Assembly: GCA_964016885.1 (NCBI GenBank)
Contig: OZ024743.1
Coordinates: 64,480,001-64,544,000 of the forward strand
Source of the DNA: Eledone cirrhosa
Lineage: Eukaryota
Direction: 5' to 3'
DNA length: 64,000 bases
Of this stretch, positions 48,015-59,423 are shown in pieces; positions within the stretch are counted from its first letter, which is position 1, and each line of letters starts with the position of its first letter. The position numbers and the translations under genes were made by a program. The notes under the pieces were generated by a model, which was not told the origin of the DNA, did no database searches, and saw only the letters and a program-made list of their open reading frames with translations.

Positions 48015-48242
48015 GTAGAAGTGGTATTTAATTTGTTGGAAGTCCGACAAATATAAATGTTTATAACTGATTTAGAGCACTCAACAGTAGGGTATGATTT
48101 TCATGGCTATGTCTCTATTTATAAAACAAACTTTGTATTTTATCTGATGAAAGCGTACCAAGGTTGTCTTGGTTACCCTTGAAATGTATATAATAACATA
48201 AATATGGTTTTATAAATATAGTTTCCATTTATTTAATATCAT

Positions 48243-48245
<3 letters not shown>
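48015..48245 (+). mobile_element. Family H1 hammerhead-bearing repeat
   Basis: CTGATGA(48144)-aagcgtaccaag-gttgt-cttggttaccctt-GAAA(48181)-tgtatata; flanked by (TA)n-rich tracts. Confidence 0.65.
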
Positions 48246-48313
<68 letters not shown>

Positions 48314-48315
<2 letters not shown>

Positions 48316-48517
48316 CGAAGGAAATGTGGTAATGAACCAGGTGGACCATAACGCACCAAAGTACTCAATACTTAGGGTAGTAGAGTGGGTAATAGGAACA
48401 AGTAGGACCCCGACGGCTGAGCTCAAGCCGTATCGACGGCTAATTCTGGACATAATTCAGTCCAGAATTAGCCGTCGAAACGGCTTGAGCTCAGCCGTCG
48501 GGGTCCTACTTGTATCT
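48314..48517 (-). mobile_element. Family F1 copy with fold-back
   Basis: Arms ~48393-48451 and 48460-48518; (TA)n on both sides. Confidence 0.85.
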
Positions 48518-48518
48518 A

Positions 48519-48600
<82 letters not shown>

Positions 48601-48702
48601 TAGATAGATATAGATATAGATAGATAGATAAATACACACATATATATATATACATATATCTATGCATATACATATATATATATGCATAAATATATGCATA
48701 TA

Positions 48703-48772
<70 letters not shown>

Positions 48773-49003
48773 GAAAGTGAGGTTTTTTTTACAAAATGAA
48801 AAATAACCGAGGTGTCCTACACGAGTGAAAGTATAAAGAAAAAAAGATGAAATCGAAAATGCAACTGGACTTTTATTTTTAAAAAAATATATATATTTAT
48901 TTGGTTCCTTTACCGGTTTCGCAGTTCTTCTGCTTTTCAAAAGTAGAGTTAAATATATATATATTTTTTTAAATAAGACTCCAGTTGCATTTTCGATTTC
49001 ATC

Positions 49004-49046
<43 letters not shown>

Positions 49047-49299
49047 TTATTTATATATATATACATACATACATGTATATATACGTGTGTGTATGTGTGC
49101 ATGTGTGCATGTGTGTGTGTATAGTGAGAGACATTAAGAATGATATATGTCTCCCTATCCTCCTAGTATATAGACATGTTTTATAGGGTGGCATTATCTT
49201 ATGTAAATCATGTTTACATAAATAAAGGTCGCTGCTATCATTGTTTAAATTACTTTCATCTATTTCTTCCTTAGATTTCACTTTGTTCACTTTGATGGA

Positions 49300-49920
49300 T
49301 GTGTGTATGTTAGTGTATGTATGTGTGTGTTAGACTGTTAGATTGTGAGTGTTAGTGTGTGTTAGTGTGTGTTAGTGTGTGTTAGTGTGTGTTAGTGTGT
49401 GTTAGTGAATGTATGTGTGTTAGAGTGTTAGATTGTGTGTGTTAGTGTATGTTAGTGTATGTATGTGTGTGTTAGTGTATGTTAGTGTATGTATGTGTGT
49501 GTTAGTGTATGTTAGTGTATGTATGTGTGTGTTAGTGTATGTTAGTGTATGTATGTATGTGTGTGTTAGTGTATGTTAGTGTATGTATGTGTGTTAGTGT
49601 ATGTTAGTGTATGTATGTGTGTGTTAGATTGTGAGTGTTAGTGTGTGTTAGTGTATGTATGTGTGTGTTAGAGTGTTAGATTGTGTGTGTTACAGTGTTA
49701 GATTGTGTGTGTTAGTGTGTGTTAGTGTATGTGTGTGTTAGAGTGTTAGATTGTGTGTGTTAGTGTGTGTTAGTGTATGTATGTGTTAGGGTGTTAGGGT
49801 GTTAGGGTGGGTGTATGTGTTAGTGTTTGCATGTGTTAGGTTGTGTTAAAGTGTGTGTGTGTTTTAGTGTATGTGTGTGTTAGAGTATTAGAGTGTGTGT
49901 TAGTGTGTGTGTGTTAGTGT
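49300..49920. repeat. (GTTAGTGT..)n degenerate satellite
   Basis: gttagtgtgt / gttagtgtat units. Confidence 0.85.
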
Positions 49921-49984
49921 TTGTATGTGTTGGGGTGTGTGTATATATGTGTATGTGTATGTTTGTGTATGTATGTGTATGTAA

Positions 49985-51782
49985 ATGTGTATGTGTGCGC
50001 TTGGTGTATGTGTGTATGTCTGTACATATGTGTGTGTTAGCATGTCTCTACACATGAGTGTATATGTGTGTTCACATGTCTGTACATATGTGTGTGTATA
50101 TGTCTGTACATATGTGTGTGTATATATCTGTACATATGTGTGTGTGTACATGTCTGTAGATATGTGTGTGTATGTCTGTAGATATATGTGTGTATATGTC
50201 TGTACATATGTGTGTGTATATATGTATGTAGATAAGTGTGTGTATATGTCTGTAGATATGTGTGTGTATATGTCTGTACATATGTGTGTATATGTGTTCA
50301 CATATCTGTACATATGTGTGTACATGTCTGTAGATATGTGTGTGTATATGTCTGTACATATGTGTGTGTATATGTCTGTACATATGTGTGTGTATATATC
50401 TGTACATATGTGTGTGTACATGTCTGTAGATATGTGTGTGTATATGTCTGTAGATATATGTGTGTATATGTCTGTACATATGTGTGTGTATATATGTATG
50501 TAGATAAGTGTGTGTATATGTCTGTAGATATGTGTGTGTATATGTCTGTACATATGTGTGTATGTGTTCACATATCTGTACATATGTGTGTGTGTTCACA
50601 TATCTGTACATATGTGTGTGTGTTCACATATCTGTACATATGTGTGTGTGTTCACATATCTGTACATATGTGTGTGTGTTCACATATTTGTACATATGTG
50701 TGTGTGTTCACATATCTGTACATATGTGTGTGTGTGTTCACATATCTGTACATATGTGTGTGTGTGTTCACATATCTGTACATATGTGTGTGTGTTCACA
50801 TATCTGTACATATGTGTGTGTGTTCACATATCTGTACTTATGTATGTGTTCACATATCTGTACATATGTATGTGTTCACATATCTGTACTTATGTGTGTG
50901 TGTTCACATATCTGTACTTATGTGTGTGTGTTCACATATCTGTACTTATGTATGTGTTCACATATCTGTACATATGTGTGTATATGTCTTCACATATCTA
51001 TACATATGTCTTCACATATCTGTACATATGTGTGTCTTCACATATCTGTACATATGTATGTCTTCACATATCTGTACATATATGTGTATATGTCTTCACA
51101 TATCAATACATATGTCTTCACATATCTGTACATATGTGTGTATATGTCTTCACATATCTATAGATATGTCTTCACATATCTGTACATGTGTGTGTATATG
51201 TCTTCACATATCTATACATATGTCTTCACATATCTGTACATGTGTGTGTATATGTCTTCACATATCTATACATATGTCTTCACATATCTGTACATATGTG
51301 TGTATATGTCTTCACATATCTATACATATGTCTTCACATATCTGTACATATGTGTGTATATGTCTTCATATATCTATACATATGTCTTCACATATCTGTA
51401 CATGTGTGTGTATATGTCTTCACATATCTATACATATGTTTTCACATATCTGTACATGTGTGTGTATATGTCTTCACATATCTATACATATGTCTTCACA
51501 TATCTGTACATATGTGTGTATATGTCTTCACATATCTATACATATGTCTTCACATATCTGTACATGTGTGTGTATATGTCTTCACATATCTATACATATG
51601 TCTTCACATATCTGTACATGTGTGTGTATATGTCTTCACATATCTATACATATGTCTTCACATATCTGTACATATGTGTGTATATGTCTTCACATATATA
51701 TACATATGTCTTCACATATCTGTACATATGTGTGTATATGTCTTCACATATCTATACATATGTCTTCACATATCTGTACATG
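49985..51782. repeat. Minisatellite with 24-, 28- and 54-bp (22+32) units
   Basis: atgtctgtacatatgtgtgtgtat, then ttcacatatctgtacatatgtgtgtgtg, then alternating 22/32-bp units. Confidence 0.9.
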
Positions 51783-53493
51783 TGCAATGGAGAAACTTCT
51801 GGAATATTTGAGATATTTTCACAGCCCCATTAATGGCTTGTAATTTCTTAATTAGTTATAATATATCTCCTGATATTATGCTACTCATCCTCACAAAAGG
51901 ATGCTGGGACACTTAGTTGCACATCTACATTCGGCCTCAAGTATCTGTATATGGTTCGACATGGCCGTTTTCGTTTAATTATATTCTTTACGTCCATGCT
52001 GTGTGTATCTCGGATTTTAGAATAGTCACACTGTACCCTGCATGTCGTAAGGGGTAGCTTTAAGGCGGTTGACATGTGGAAGGACATCTGGTTGTAAAGC
52101 ATTGTCCCTAAATAACCCATCCAATCCATGCTTAGCATGATAAAGTGGACATGAAAACAATGATGATGATGATAATCATGATGATGATAATCATGATAAT
52201 CATGATGATGATAATGATGATGATGATGAATGCGATGACGATGACGATAACGATGACGATGACGATGACGATGATAATGATGATGATGATGAATGCGATA
52301 ACGATGACGATGATAATGATAATGATGATGATGATGAATGCGATGACGATGACGATGACGATGATAATGATGATGATGATGAATTCGATAACGATGACGA
52401 TGATAATGATAATGATGATGATGATGAATGCGATAACGATGACGATGATAATGATAATGATGATGATGATGAATGCGATGACGATGACGATGACGATGAT
52501 AATGATGTTGATTATGATGATGATGATGATGATGCGTCCCAGATCTTTGTCTAGCCAGTTGTGGTGACATTTTACAGAACCTTTGACAGGAACACTCCAC
52601 TTGCATTGTTTCCTATTAAAGGTAGACATGCTCTCTATATCACTCACATATTTTTTATCTTCAGGACGATTCTTTCTACGAATTCGGATTATATTTGGCT
52701 ATTACATCTTTAATATATATCCCACAGAGTCTGTCTCCATCAGTTATTTCACCTAGACTTTTTACCTGCTTTTCTATTTTTTTTTTTTTTTGTGCCTGTT
52801 TTTTTAACCCTTGTTCCTGGACTGCAAAAGCGCCATAACAGATCAAAGGAGTTATCTAGTATCCCTTACAGTTAAGAACAAAAACAATATAGACAAAGAG
52901 ATGAAACAAGGGAAGGCCAACAGGAGGTGAAAGAAGCTTAAATAAGGTAAAAACAAAGGTGAAAACAAAAACAGTTATAAAGCAGCTAAACATTTCTGTT
53001 GTTGAATCTTTTTATAGCCTCCATGTACTGAAAGATCTTGTTTATAGTTGGTAGATCTTTGACAATATATTGTATCTCCAACCTTGGTATAGATCTTTGG
53101 AACATCCACAAAGTAGTTTTTGGTGACCACTCAAAGATCGACTGATACATTTAGACTCAGTAAAAGTGACGTATTATCAAACATAATGCATTATATGTGA
53201 GTGCACGCTAGAGTTACATGAAACTTATATGGATAGATAGATAGATAGATAGATATATTTCTTTATTAGCCACAGGGGCACAAAAGAAGGGGACAAATAC
53301 AAAGGGGGAAGTTTACATACAATAAAAACGTGTAAAATGTTATCACAGATGGAATTTAAAAGTTAGTCGATTTTCCCCAATAGAGGGAGACAGTTTATAT
53401 GGGTAACACATACCCCCGAAAAAATGTGCAACCCTCATCTCCAGGAGTACGAAGAGCTTGTACTCCTTTCCTCTCCTCCTCCTTTTCCTCAAT

Positions 53494-56400
53494 CTACAGG
53501 CTGATATAGAGAGAAGGCCCATTCACTCGGGCCATTCTCGCCACTTTCACCCACCTTTCATAAAACTTGCTGCGGTACAGCACCTCTCTCTCCATCCTGA
53601 TTCTTCTTCCAAAGTGGTATTTGAAAAAAAGAATCAGTTGTTGGCCGGAGAGAAAGGTGTCTGACCTCAGCCCTTTCAACCTTGTCCACCATACAACCTC
53701 TTTCGCCATAGCTATCACACAAAGGAAAACCGCCTCTCCTTCGTTTTTGAAGGAGGGTGGCGGTTTGATCATGACAATGGACTCGGTGGTCAACTGGATT
53801 GGTCCCACCCGCGACAATAGTCGTTCTACATATCCCCACAGGTCAGTGACGCCCGGGCAGTGTATGAATGCGTGCGCGACGGTTTCTTCGTCTCGCACGC
53901 ACCTCGGACAGATCTTTTTTGCAGGGTCCCTGCCCGGGCGCCCATGTCTGTAGAGCTTGTCTCGAACTGGTAGAGCTCCTCGGTAGCACTGCCAGGCCAG
54001 GGACTTTTGGAAGTTGTCCATCGGTCCCGGGCGGAAGGTCCTACCGAACAGACTGGCCAGTTCATCTTCCTCCACGCCTAGAGTTTCACCGAGCGCGTCG
54101 TCGCACTTGCTGCGGACCAACCCTCTATAGAATGACGAAGTGGAGTCTCCACTGATCGCCGGGTCCGCCTGCCAGAGGGCTGTGAGCGCCTGAGCACATT
54201 CGATGTGCCAGTCGCCCATTTTCCTCGGTCTCTGCTTGACCCAGGACTGCAGCTCGGTCAGTGAGACGAGTCGTGGGAAGGCTCGCCTCACGAACGGGGC
54301 CCACACCGGTTGTCCGGTGAGGAATACGTAGAGATGCCGCAGCCTGAGCGCGTGTTTGCGCATCGTCAACCACGGCATCCCCAGCCCTCCGTTAGAAGAG
54401 TGTTGGCAGCAGATGGATCTTCTTACCAAAGGAGCCCGCCTCTTCCAAAGGAATCGGAAGAGGGCGCGCTCCATTTTGGCGAGCGTTTTGGCTGGACAAG
54501 GCACGACGGTCAAGCGGTAGTAGATGGCGGACGCTATAAAAGTGTTCGCCACCTCCGCTCGACCTTTCAAGGATAGTTTGCACTCGGCCCACTTCTGGGT
54601 GAGTGCAAACACCTTGGCCGTCACTTCGTTCCAGTTCTTCTCCACCTGGAGGTCCGGACCAAACCAGACCCCGAGCAGCTTTACCGGTCCTTCCGTCCAG
54701 CGTCCGACGACGCCATCGGAAGGCATCGGTCTGCCTCTCCACGATCCGAGTTGCAAACCGATGGACTTGTCCCGGTTCAGCTTCGCTCCTGTGAGACTTT
54801 CGTATTCCTTTAGTAAGGTGCCGACTTTCTCGATTTGCGAGGCGCTCGACACCATTACTGTCACGTCGTCGGCGTAGGCCGACGCCGCTTTCCGCAGTCC
54901 CGGTTCCAGAGGGATGCCCTGCAATAGCTCCAGCTTCCGCAGTAGTGGCTCGAGAGTCAGTACGTACAGAAGGGAGGAGAGAGGGCATCCCTGTCGAATG
55001 GATCGCGTAATATGGAACGGCTCCGAGAGGTAACCGTTCACCTTGACCCTTGAGCAGATGTTGCTGTTGTGCATTGCAGCAATCCAGCCCCTGAACACGG
55101 GTCCGAAGCCTGCCGCCTCGAGCACCGCATCCAGGTAACGATGGTCAACCCTATCGAAAGCCTTAGACTGATCCAAGTTGATCAGGGCCCCACCGAAGCC
55201 GGGTTTACACCCTACCCTCTCTATGATGTATCGCATGAGGTGGAGGTTGTCGTGTATGGACCTGGTCGGGATCGCGCATGTCTGCGCTTCTCCCACCAGG
55301 TTCTCGACGACAAGCGCCAGCCTCTTTGCCAACACCTTGGCCAAAATCTGTAACTCTGTGTTTAGCAGAGTTATGGGCCGGAAGTTGCCTATGTCATCCC
55401 CCTTATTCTCGTCCTTCCTGATTAGTGTGACCACGCCCCCTGTTACAGAACTGGGAATTCTCCCGTTCTGTTGCCAGTTGCAGTAGACCGCTTCCAGGAG
55501 ACCGGAGAATAAGTCCGGCATTGCTACGTAAAATTCGTAGGGTAGACCGTCGAGACCTGGAGATTTGCGTTTGCCGCATTGGCTCAGCGCGTCCCCTATC
55601 TCAGTGGCTGAAATCGGCTTTTCGCAGAACTTCGCCTCGCTGTCCGAGAGTCGCGGTAGGCCGTCGAGGTATGGACCGAAATCCATAGCCTCTCCCGGCG
55701 CGCCGCTCCCCCCGAACAGCCGAGCAAAGTGCCGCTGAAAAGCCGCACACATCTGCTTCGGCTCACGTATCACGCGTCCGTTTTGGTCCTTCAAAGACCG
55801 AATCGTGGACTTGTTGCCACTTTTTGCCTCCGTCACTCGGGCCCAGCTAACAGCTTTGGCTCCCTCGTTTCCCAGAGCACGTATTTTGCTTCTGACAACG
55901 CAGCCCTCGTGCTTTGCGTCGAAGAACTGGTCCAAGGCCGTTCTCGTTGCTAGCACGCTGGCTACGTTGCCACTTCTAATAGCCTCTTCTACTTTATCTA
56001 CCAGTTCCTTCTCGGTTCTATTTCTATCTAACGCTAATTCTTTACTAAAAACTATCGAGTCTAATCTAACTGCCCTCTTGAGAGAGTACCACCATCTGTT
56101 GTTGACAATGGCCCCTGTCAAGTGCTGTTTAACTAAAGTGCTAATCCGTCTACTGTAGGCTTTGCTTGTCGGTAACGACAAGTTCATCTTCCAGTAGCCG
56201 GGTCCTTGTCTATGGGTTCTATCAAGGTTGGCCATGCAGGTCACTAGTTTGTGATCCGAATAGGCAACCATGAACATTTGTGGACAGCTTAACATGTCCC
56301 TATCCTTATTTCTAACTAGAACCCTATCTAGGTACGATCTAGATGTTCCGCTACGATTACTCCACGTCCACAGTGGCGCAGTCGGAAAATCTAGTCGATA

Positions 56401-56931
56401 TCTATCGGCCAGGTCAAATCGGTCGATTAACTGTTTGAGGCTGTTACACCCCCCTTTATCGGGACATGCTCCCACATAGTCCCAACGTGCATCTAGGATT
56501 CCATTCCAGTCCCCCACTAAAAGCAAGGAGCGGGACGTTCCCAGAAAAGTCTCTAGACGTTTGAAGAAGTCTGGCCGCGGTGTCCCGGATGGGGCATATG
56601 CGGCCACCAGCCTGAACGCTCCACCTTCACTACCGTCAACGTCTAGGACCACCAGTCGACCCTCCGGGTCCAGATGTACCGTCTGTGTTACGAGGCCCAG
56701 GTGTTTCCGCAGCAAAACGGCAACTCCGCCCCCACCCCCCGGTTGACAGAGAGATGCGTAGATCTCAAAGTCATCGAAGATGGGGGCCAGCTGTCGCTCG
56801 CCGTGGATCCTGGACTCGCAAATGGCTACCACATCCAAACTGTGCGACCTGAGGTCGTTTAAGAGTTTGCCCTGTTTCCAGGGCATCCCCAGGCCGCGTA
56901 CGTTCACACATCCAACTCTTATATTGGCCAT
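53494..56931 (-). CDS. Tx1-clade LINE ORF2: apurinic-like endonuclease + reverse transcriptase + C-terminal zinc finger, uninterrupted 1145 aa
   Basis: APE motifs NVRGL, AICES, AAYAP, GDWN, YLDRVL, SDH; RT motifs KSPGLDG, FRPITLLN, DQSKAFDRV, RQGCPLS, YADD; C-terminal CPRC..EETVAHAFIHC; GPGYWKMN and GGLGMP are typical of L1/Tx1. Confidence 0.95.
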   Translation of the reverse strand: MANIRVGCVNVRGLGMPWKQGKLLNDLRSHSLDVVAICESRIHGERQLAPIFDDFEIYASLCQPGGGGGVAVLLRKHLGLVTQTVHLDPEGRLVVLDVDGSEGGAFRLVAAYAPSGTPRPDFFKRLETFLGTSRSLLLVGDWNGILDARWDYVGACPDKGGCNSLKQLIDRFDLADRYRLDFPTAPLWTWSNRSGTSRSYLDRVLVRNKDRDMLSCPQMFMVAYSDHKLVTCMANLDRTHRQGPGYWKMNLSLPTSKAYSRRISTLVKQHLTGAIVNNRWWYSLKRAVRLDSIVFSKELALDRNRTEKELVDKVEEAIRSGNVASVLATRTALDQFFDAKHEGCVVRSKIRALGNEGAKAVSWARVTEAKSGNKSTIRSLKDQNGRVIREPKQMCAAFQRHFARLFGGSGAPGEAMDFGPYLDGLPRLSDSEAKFCEKPISATEIGDALSQCGKRKSPGLDGLPYEFYVAMPDLFSGLLEAVYCNWQQNGRIPSSVTGGVVTLIRKDENKGDDIGNFRPITLLNTELQILAKVLAKRLALVVENLVGEAQTCAIPTRSIHDNLHLMRYIIERVGCKPGFGGALINLDQSKAFDRVDHRYLDAVLEAAGFGPVFRGWIAAMHNSNICSRVKVNGYLSEPFHITRSIRQGCPLSSLLYVLTLEPLLRKLELLQGIPLEPGLRKAASAYADDVTVMVSSASQIEKVGTLLKEYESLTGAKLNRDKSIGLQLGSWRGRPMPSDGVVGRWTEGPVKLLGVWFGPDLQVEKNWNEVTAKVFALTQKWAECKLSLKGRAEVANTFIASAIYYRLTVVPCPAKTLAKMERALFRFLWKRRAPLVRRSICCQHSSNGGLGMPWLTMRKHALRLRHLYVFLTGQPVWAPFVRRAFPRLVSLTELQSWVKQRPRKMGDWHIECAQALTALWQADPAISGDSTSSFYRGLVRSKCDDALGETLGVEEDELASLFGRTFRPGPMDNFQKSLAWQCYRGALPVRDKLYRHGRPGRDPAKKICPRCVRDEETVAHAFIHCPGVTDLWGYVERLLSRVGPIQLTTESIVMIKPPPSFKNEGEAVFLCVIAMAKEVVWWTRLKGLRSDTFLSGQQLILFFKYHFGRRIRMEREVLYRSKFYERWVKVARMARVNGPSLYISL

Positions 56932-56964
56932 GTTGGTGCTGAAAAGTTAAAAGAGGAAAAGAGA

Positions 56965-58881
56965 TCACTCACCCTTCGCCTCCTGGGGACCAGGCCGCAC
57001 GATTTCCATGGGGGTGTTGGAGGGGTTGTCTGGATGGGTGGTGGTTTCCGGCGGGGTGGGGACGCAGATGTTTGGTGGGGTGGGGTCTGGTGGGATGGGG
57101 GTGTCTGGGGTGGGGAGGCATTTGAGAAGGACGCGGTTGAGTGGTTTCACGCAGGAATTCCCCACATCCTTCTCAAATGTTTCTTTTAGGGACCTATAAG
57201 TTTGTATAGGGACCCTAATCAGTTTTAGGTTCATTTTTTTGCTATTTTTTATAGAGTGGGCGAAAGTTTTCCCTTCGGTGAAAGCCGAAGGGTCGTTCGT
57301 AATGGTCTCCATTAGTGTTTTGTTTTCAGTGTTTATGTAAGTGTAAGTGTAATTTTCTTGTGTTGTGTTTGTTTTTGTCTGTAGTTCTTGTGTGTGCTTT
57401 CGTTTTGTTGTAGGTATTTTGTTTTCAGGAGGTGGGGGTTTTGTTTGTGATATTTTTGTTGTTTGTGTTGGTGGTTGTATGTTTGTGGTAGTGTTTGCTG
57501 GTTTTTTGCTTTTGTGATGTCTTTTCTTTCTTTTCGAGCGATGGGGTTCTCCCTCGTCTTCACTGGGTGATGGCGAGATAGCCTCATCTGTTGTATCGTC
57601 TGTGTGATTGGGGAGGGGTATGTCTTGGGGAGCTGTTGTGTCTGTATGTGATTTTGCAGTGGTTTTAGGTGGAGTGAGGTTGGGTGGGACTGTGTTTGTT
57701 GTGGTTATTTTTGTGTGTTGGTGTTGTTGTTGTAGTGGTGGTGTTGGTGGTTGTGTTGTTTTGATGGGTGTTGGCAGAAGAGCCTTTTTTTGGTTCATTA
57801 GTTTAGGACAGGAAGCCCTCAGGTGACCCCTGCTAAAGCAATGGTAACATGAAGGCCGCCTACCCTCAACTGAAAGGTTTATGTAGGTAAGTCCGTCCAG
57901 GAGTACACGCTGTGGGATCATAGCTATTCGCTCTGGGCTCATTTGCACCAGAACTTCAATGCTAGTCCCATTGAATACATCTCTGGGGGACTTGCCTACT
58001 GACAGTATTCTGTCTTCATCAAAATTGATGAAGCCGCACAGTATCCACCATATGTTCACCTTTGGTGTGACACTTGTGATTCTGATCTTTTGTGTCCTTT
58101 TTCCCATGTATGTAGGGAAAAAGGTGTACAGGTTGGATACAATTGGCGACACAGAGTAATTTTGGGCCGTCAATTGATCCTTCATCAGTACCGAAATACT
58201 CCCAAAAAGTTTGCTTCTTTGAATGAATGCAATATCATTCATTGAATCTTTGAAAACCAGTTCAATATCTTTCTGTGACAATTGGACTGGTTTTCGGGTA
58301 GAATTGGATACTGTCCTAAAAACTATCGTTTTGAGAGCAGTTTCCTTGCGAATTTCTACCGGAGAATTGATGCTGAAAGCACCATTTTTTTCGAAGGTGA
58401 CATATCTCTTAGCGTCCTTTAAAAGGTGTTCAGCATTTGTTATGTCGAGATATATCAATTGTTCTTTCTTTTGAACTTTCTCCGCAAAGGAGATTTTTGG
58501 TTTCTTTGTGGAATCCGTATTGGTGGTGTTGTCATTATTGTTGTTATTCTTGTTTTTATTCTTGTTGTCACCGATGTTGGTATCATCCGTATTTTCCTTG
58601 GTGTTGTTGTTGTCTTTGATGCTGGTGTTATTGGCGTTGTCTTTATTTTTTTCTTTGTTGTTGTTATCATTGTTGCTTTTATCATCATTATTGGTTTTGC
58701 TGTTATTTTTGTTGTCATTGAGCTGTTTGGTGTCATTTGTGTTGTTTGGATGTGAATTCGTTTTTTTATTTTCATTTTGTCTTTCCATCTCTATAGTATC
58801 TAGTGAAGAAGACGTTGTTGACTGCGAGCTTTGTAGTCTTACCGCCTCTCCACCACCATTATCGTTGGACGCAGCGTTCAT
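56965..58881 (-). CDS. Tx1-clade LINE ORF1 (gag-like nucleic-acid-binding protein), 638 aa
   Basis: Long ORF directly upstream of ORF2 on the same strand; zinc knuckle CYHCFSRGHLRASC (CX2CX4HX4C); Asn-rich N-terminus and Thr/Pro/Lys-rich C-terminus. Confidence 0.88.
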   Translation of the reverse strand: MNAASNDNGGGEAVRLQSSQSTTSSSLDTIEMERQNENKKTNSHPNNTNDTKQLNDNKNNSKTNNDDKSNNDNNNKEKNKDNANNTSIKDNNNTKENTDDTNIGDNKNKNKNNNNNDNTTNTDSTKKPKISFAEKVQKKEQLIYLDITNAEHLLKDAKRYVTFEKNGAFSINSPVEIRKETALKTIVFRTVSNSTRKPVQLSQKDIELVFKDSMNDIAFIQRSKLFGSISVLMKDQLTAQNYSVSPIVSNLYTFFPTYMGKRTQKIRITSVTPKVNIWWILCGFINFDEDRILSVGKSPRDVFNGTSIEVLVQMSPERIAMIPQRVLLDGLTYINLSVEGRRPSCYHCFSRGHLRASCPKLMNQKKALLPTPIKTTQPPTPPLQQQHQHTKITTTNTVPPNLTPPKTTAKSHTDTTAPQDIPLPNHTDDTTDEAISPSPSEDEGEPHRSKRKKRHHKSKKPANTTTNIQPPTQTTKISQTKPPPPENKIPTTKRKHTQELQTKTNTTQENYTYTYINTENKTLMETITNDPSAFTEGKTFAHSIKNSKKMNLKLIRVPIQTYRSLKETFEKDVGNSCVKPLNRVLLKCLPTPDTPIPPDPTPPNICVPTPPETTTHPDNPSNTPMEIVRPGPQEAKGE

Positions 58882-59109
58882 AACGTAATCAAAATTTTAC
58901 AATATTTTTTCCAAGATTCGATGGAGAAAAATTTTTTAAATGGATATTCCGCCCCTGAAGGGGCGAAAATGAGTTGACCCACCACCTGAAGGTCCAGACG
59001 GGTGGTCAAGTTACACAATGATATAAAATTGAACTAAAAACTTACGTTTTTTCCTTACATAAATTAACGGAAACTTCTCCGCGAAGTGACACACGACTGA
59101 TAGAGAGAG

Positions 59110-59142
<33 letters not shown>

Positions 59143-59166
59143 TATAGATAGATAGATAGATAGATA

Positions 59167-59355
59167 TATTTCTTTATTAGCCACAGGGGCACAAAAGAAG
59201 GGGACAAATACAAAGGGGGAAGTTTACATACAATAAAAACGTGTAAAATGTTATCACAGATGGAATTTAAAAGTTAGTCGATTTTCCCCAATAGAGGGAG
59301 ACAGTTTATATGGGTAACACATACCCCCGAAAAAAAATGTGCAACCCTCATCTCC

Positions 59356-59356
<1 letters not shown>
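59167..59356 (-). mobile_element. 5'-truncated (~190 bp) copy of the same Tx1 element's 3' end
   Basis: Matches 53256-53443 except for the length of one A-run; flanked by (GATA)n on both sides. Confidence 0.9.

Positions 59357-59423
<67 letters not shown>

Larger units (their letters stand above)
53256..59099 (-). mobile_element. Full-length Tx1-like non-LTR retrotransposon inserted in a (GATA)n array
   Basis: ~220 bp 5'UTR, ORF1, ORF2, ~240 bp 3'UTR ending in AATAAA then (TCTA)n; GATA repeats at both boundaries (53232-53255 and 59100-59166). Confidence 0.9.

Noticed and set aside
49785-49810. Interstitial telomeric TTAGGG repeats
   Set aside because: Only three GTTAGGGT variants inside a GTTAGTGT satellite, not a (TTAGGG)n array
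50236-51843. 535-aa and 441-aa Cys/His-rich ORFs
   Set aside because: Read-through of a minisatellite that is open in several frames on both strands
53458-58888. Short ORFs antisense to or overlapping Tx1 ORF1/ORF2
   Set aside because: Expected shadow ORFs of GC-rich coding sequence
58948-59010. Ribozyme in the Tx1 5'UTR hairpins (cgcccctgaaggggcg; ttgacc..ggtcaa)
   Set aside because: Hairpins are present, but I could not build a complete hammerhead or HDV-like fold
53256-59356. Direct repeats flanking the retroelement read as LTRs
   Set aside because: No TG..CA ends, PBS, protease or integrase; a GATA array separates the repeat from the 5' end; the element is an APE-type LINE
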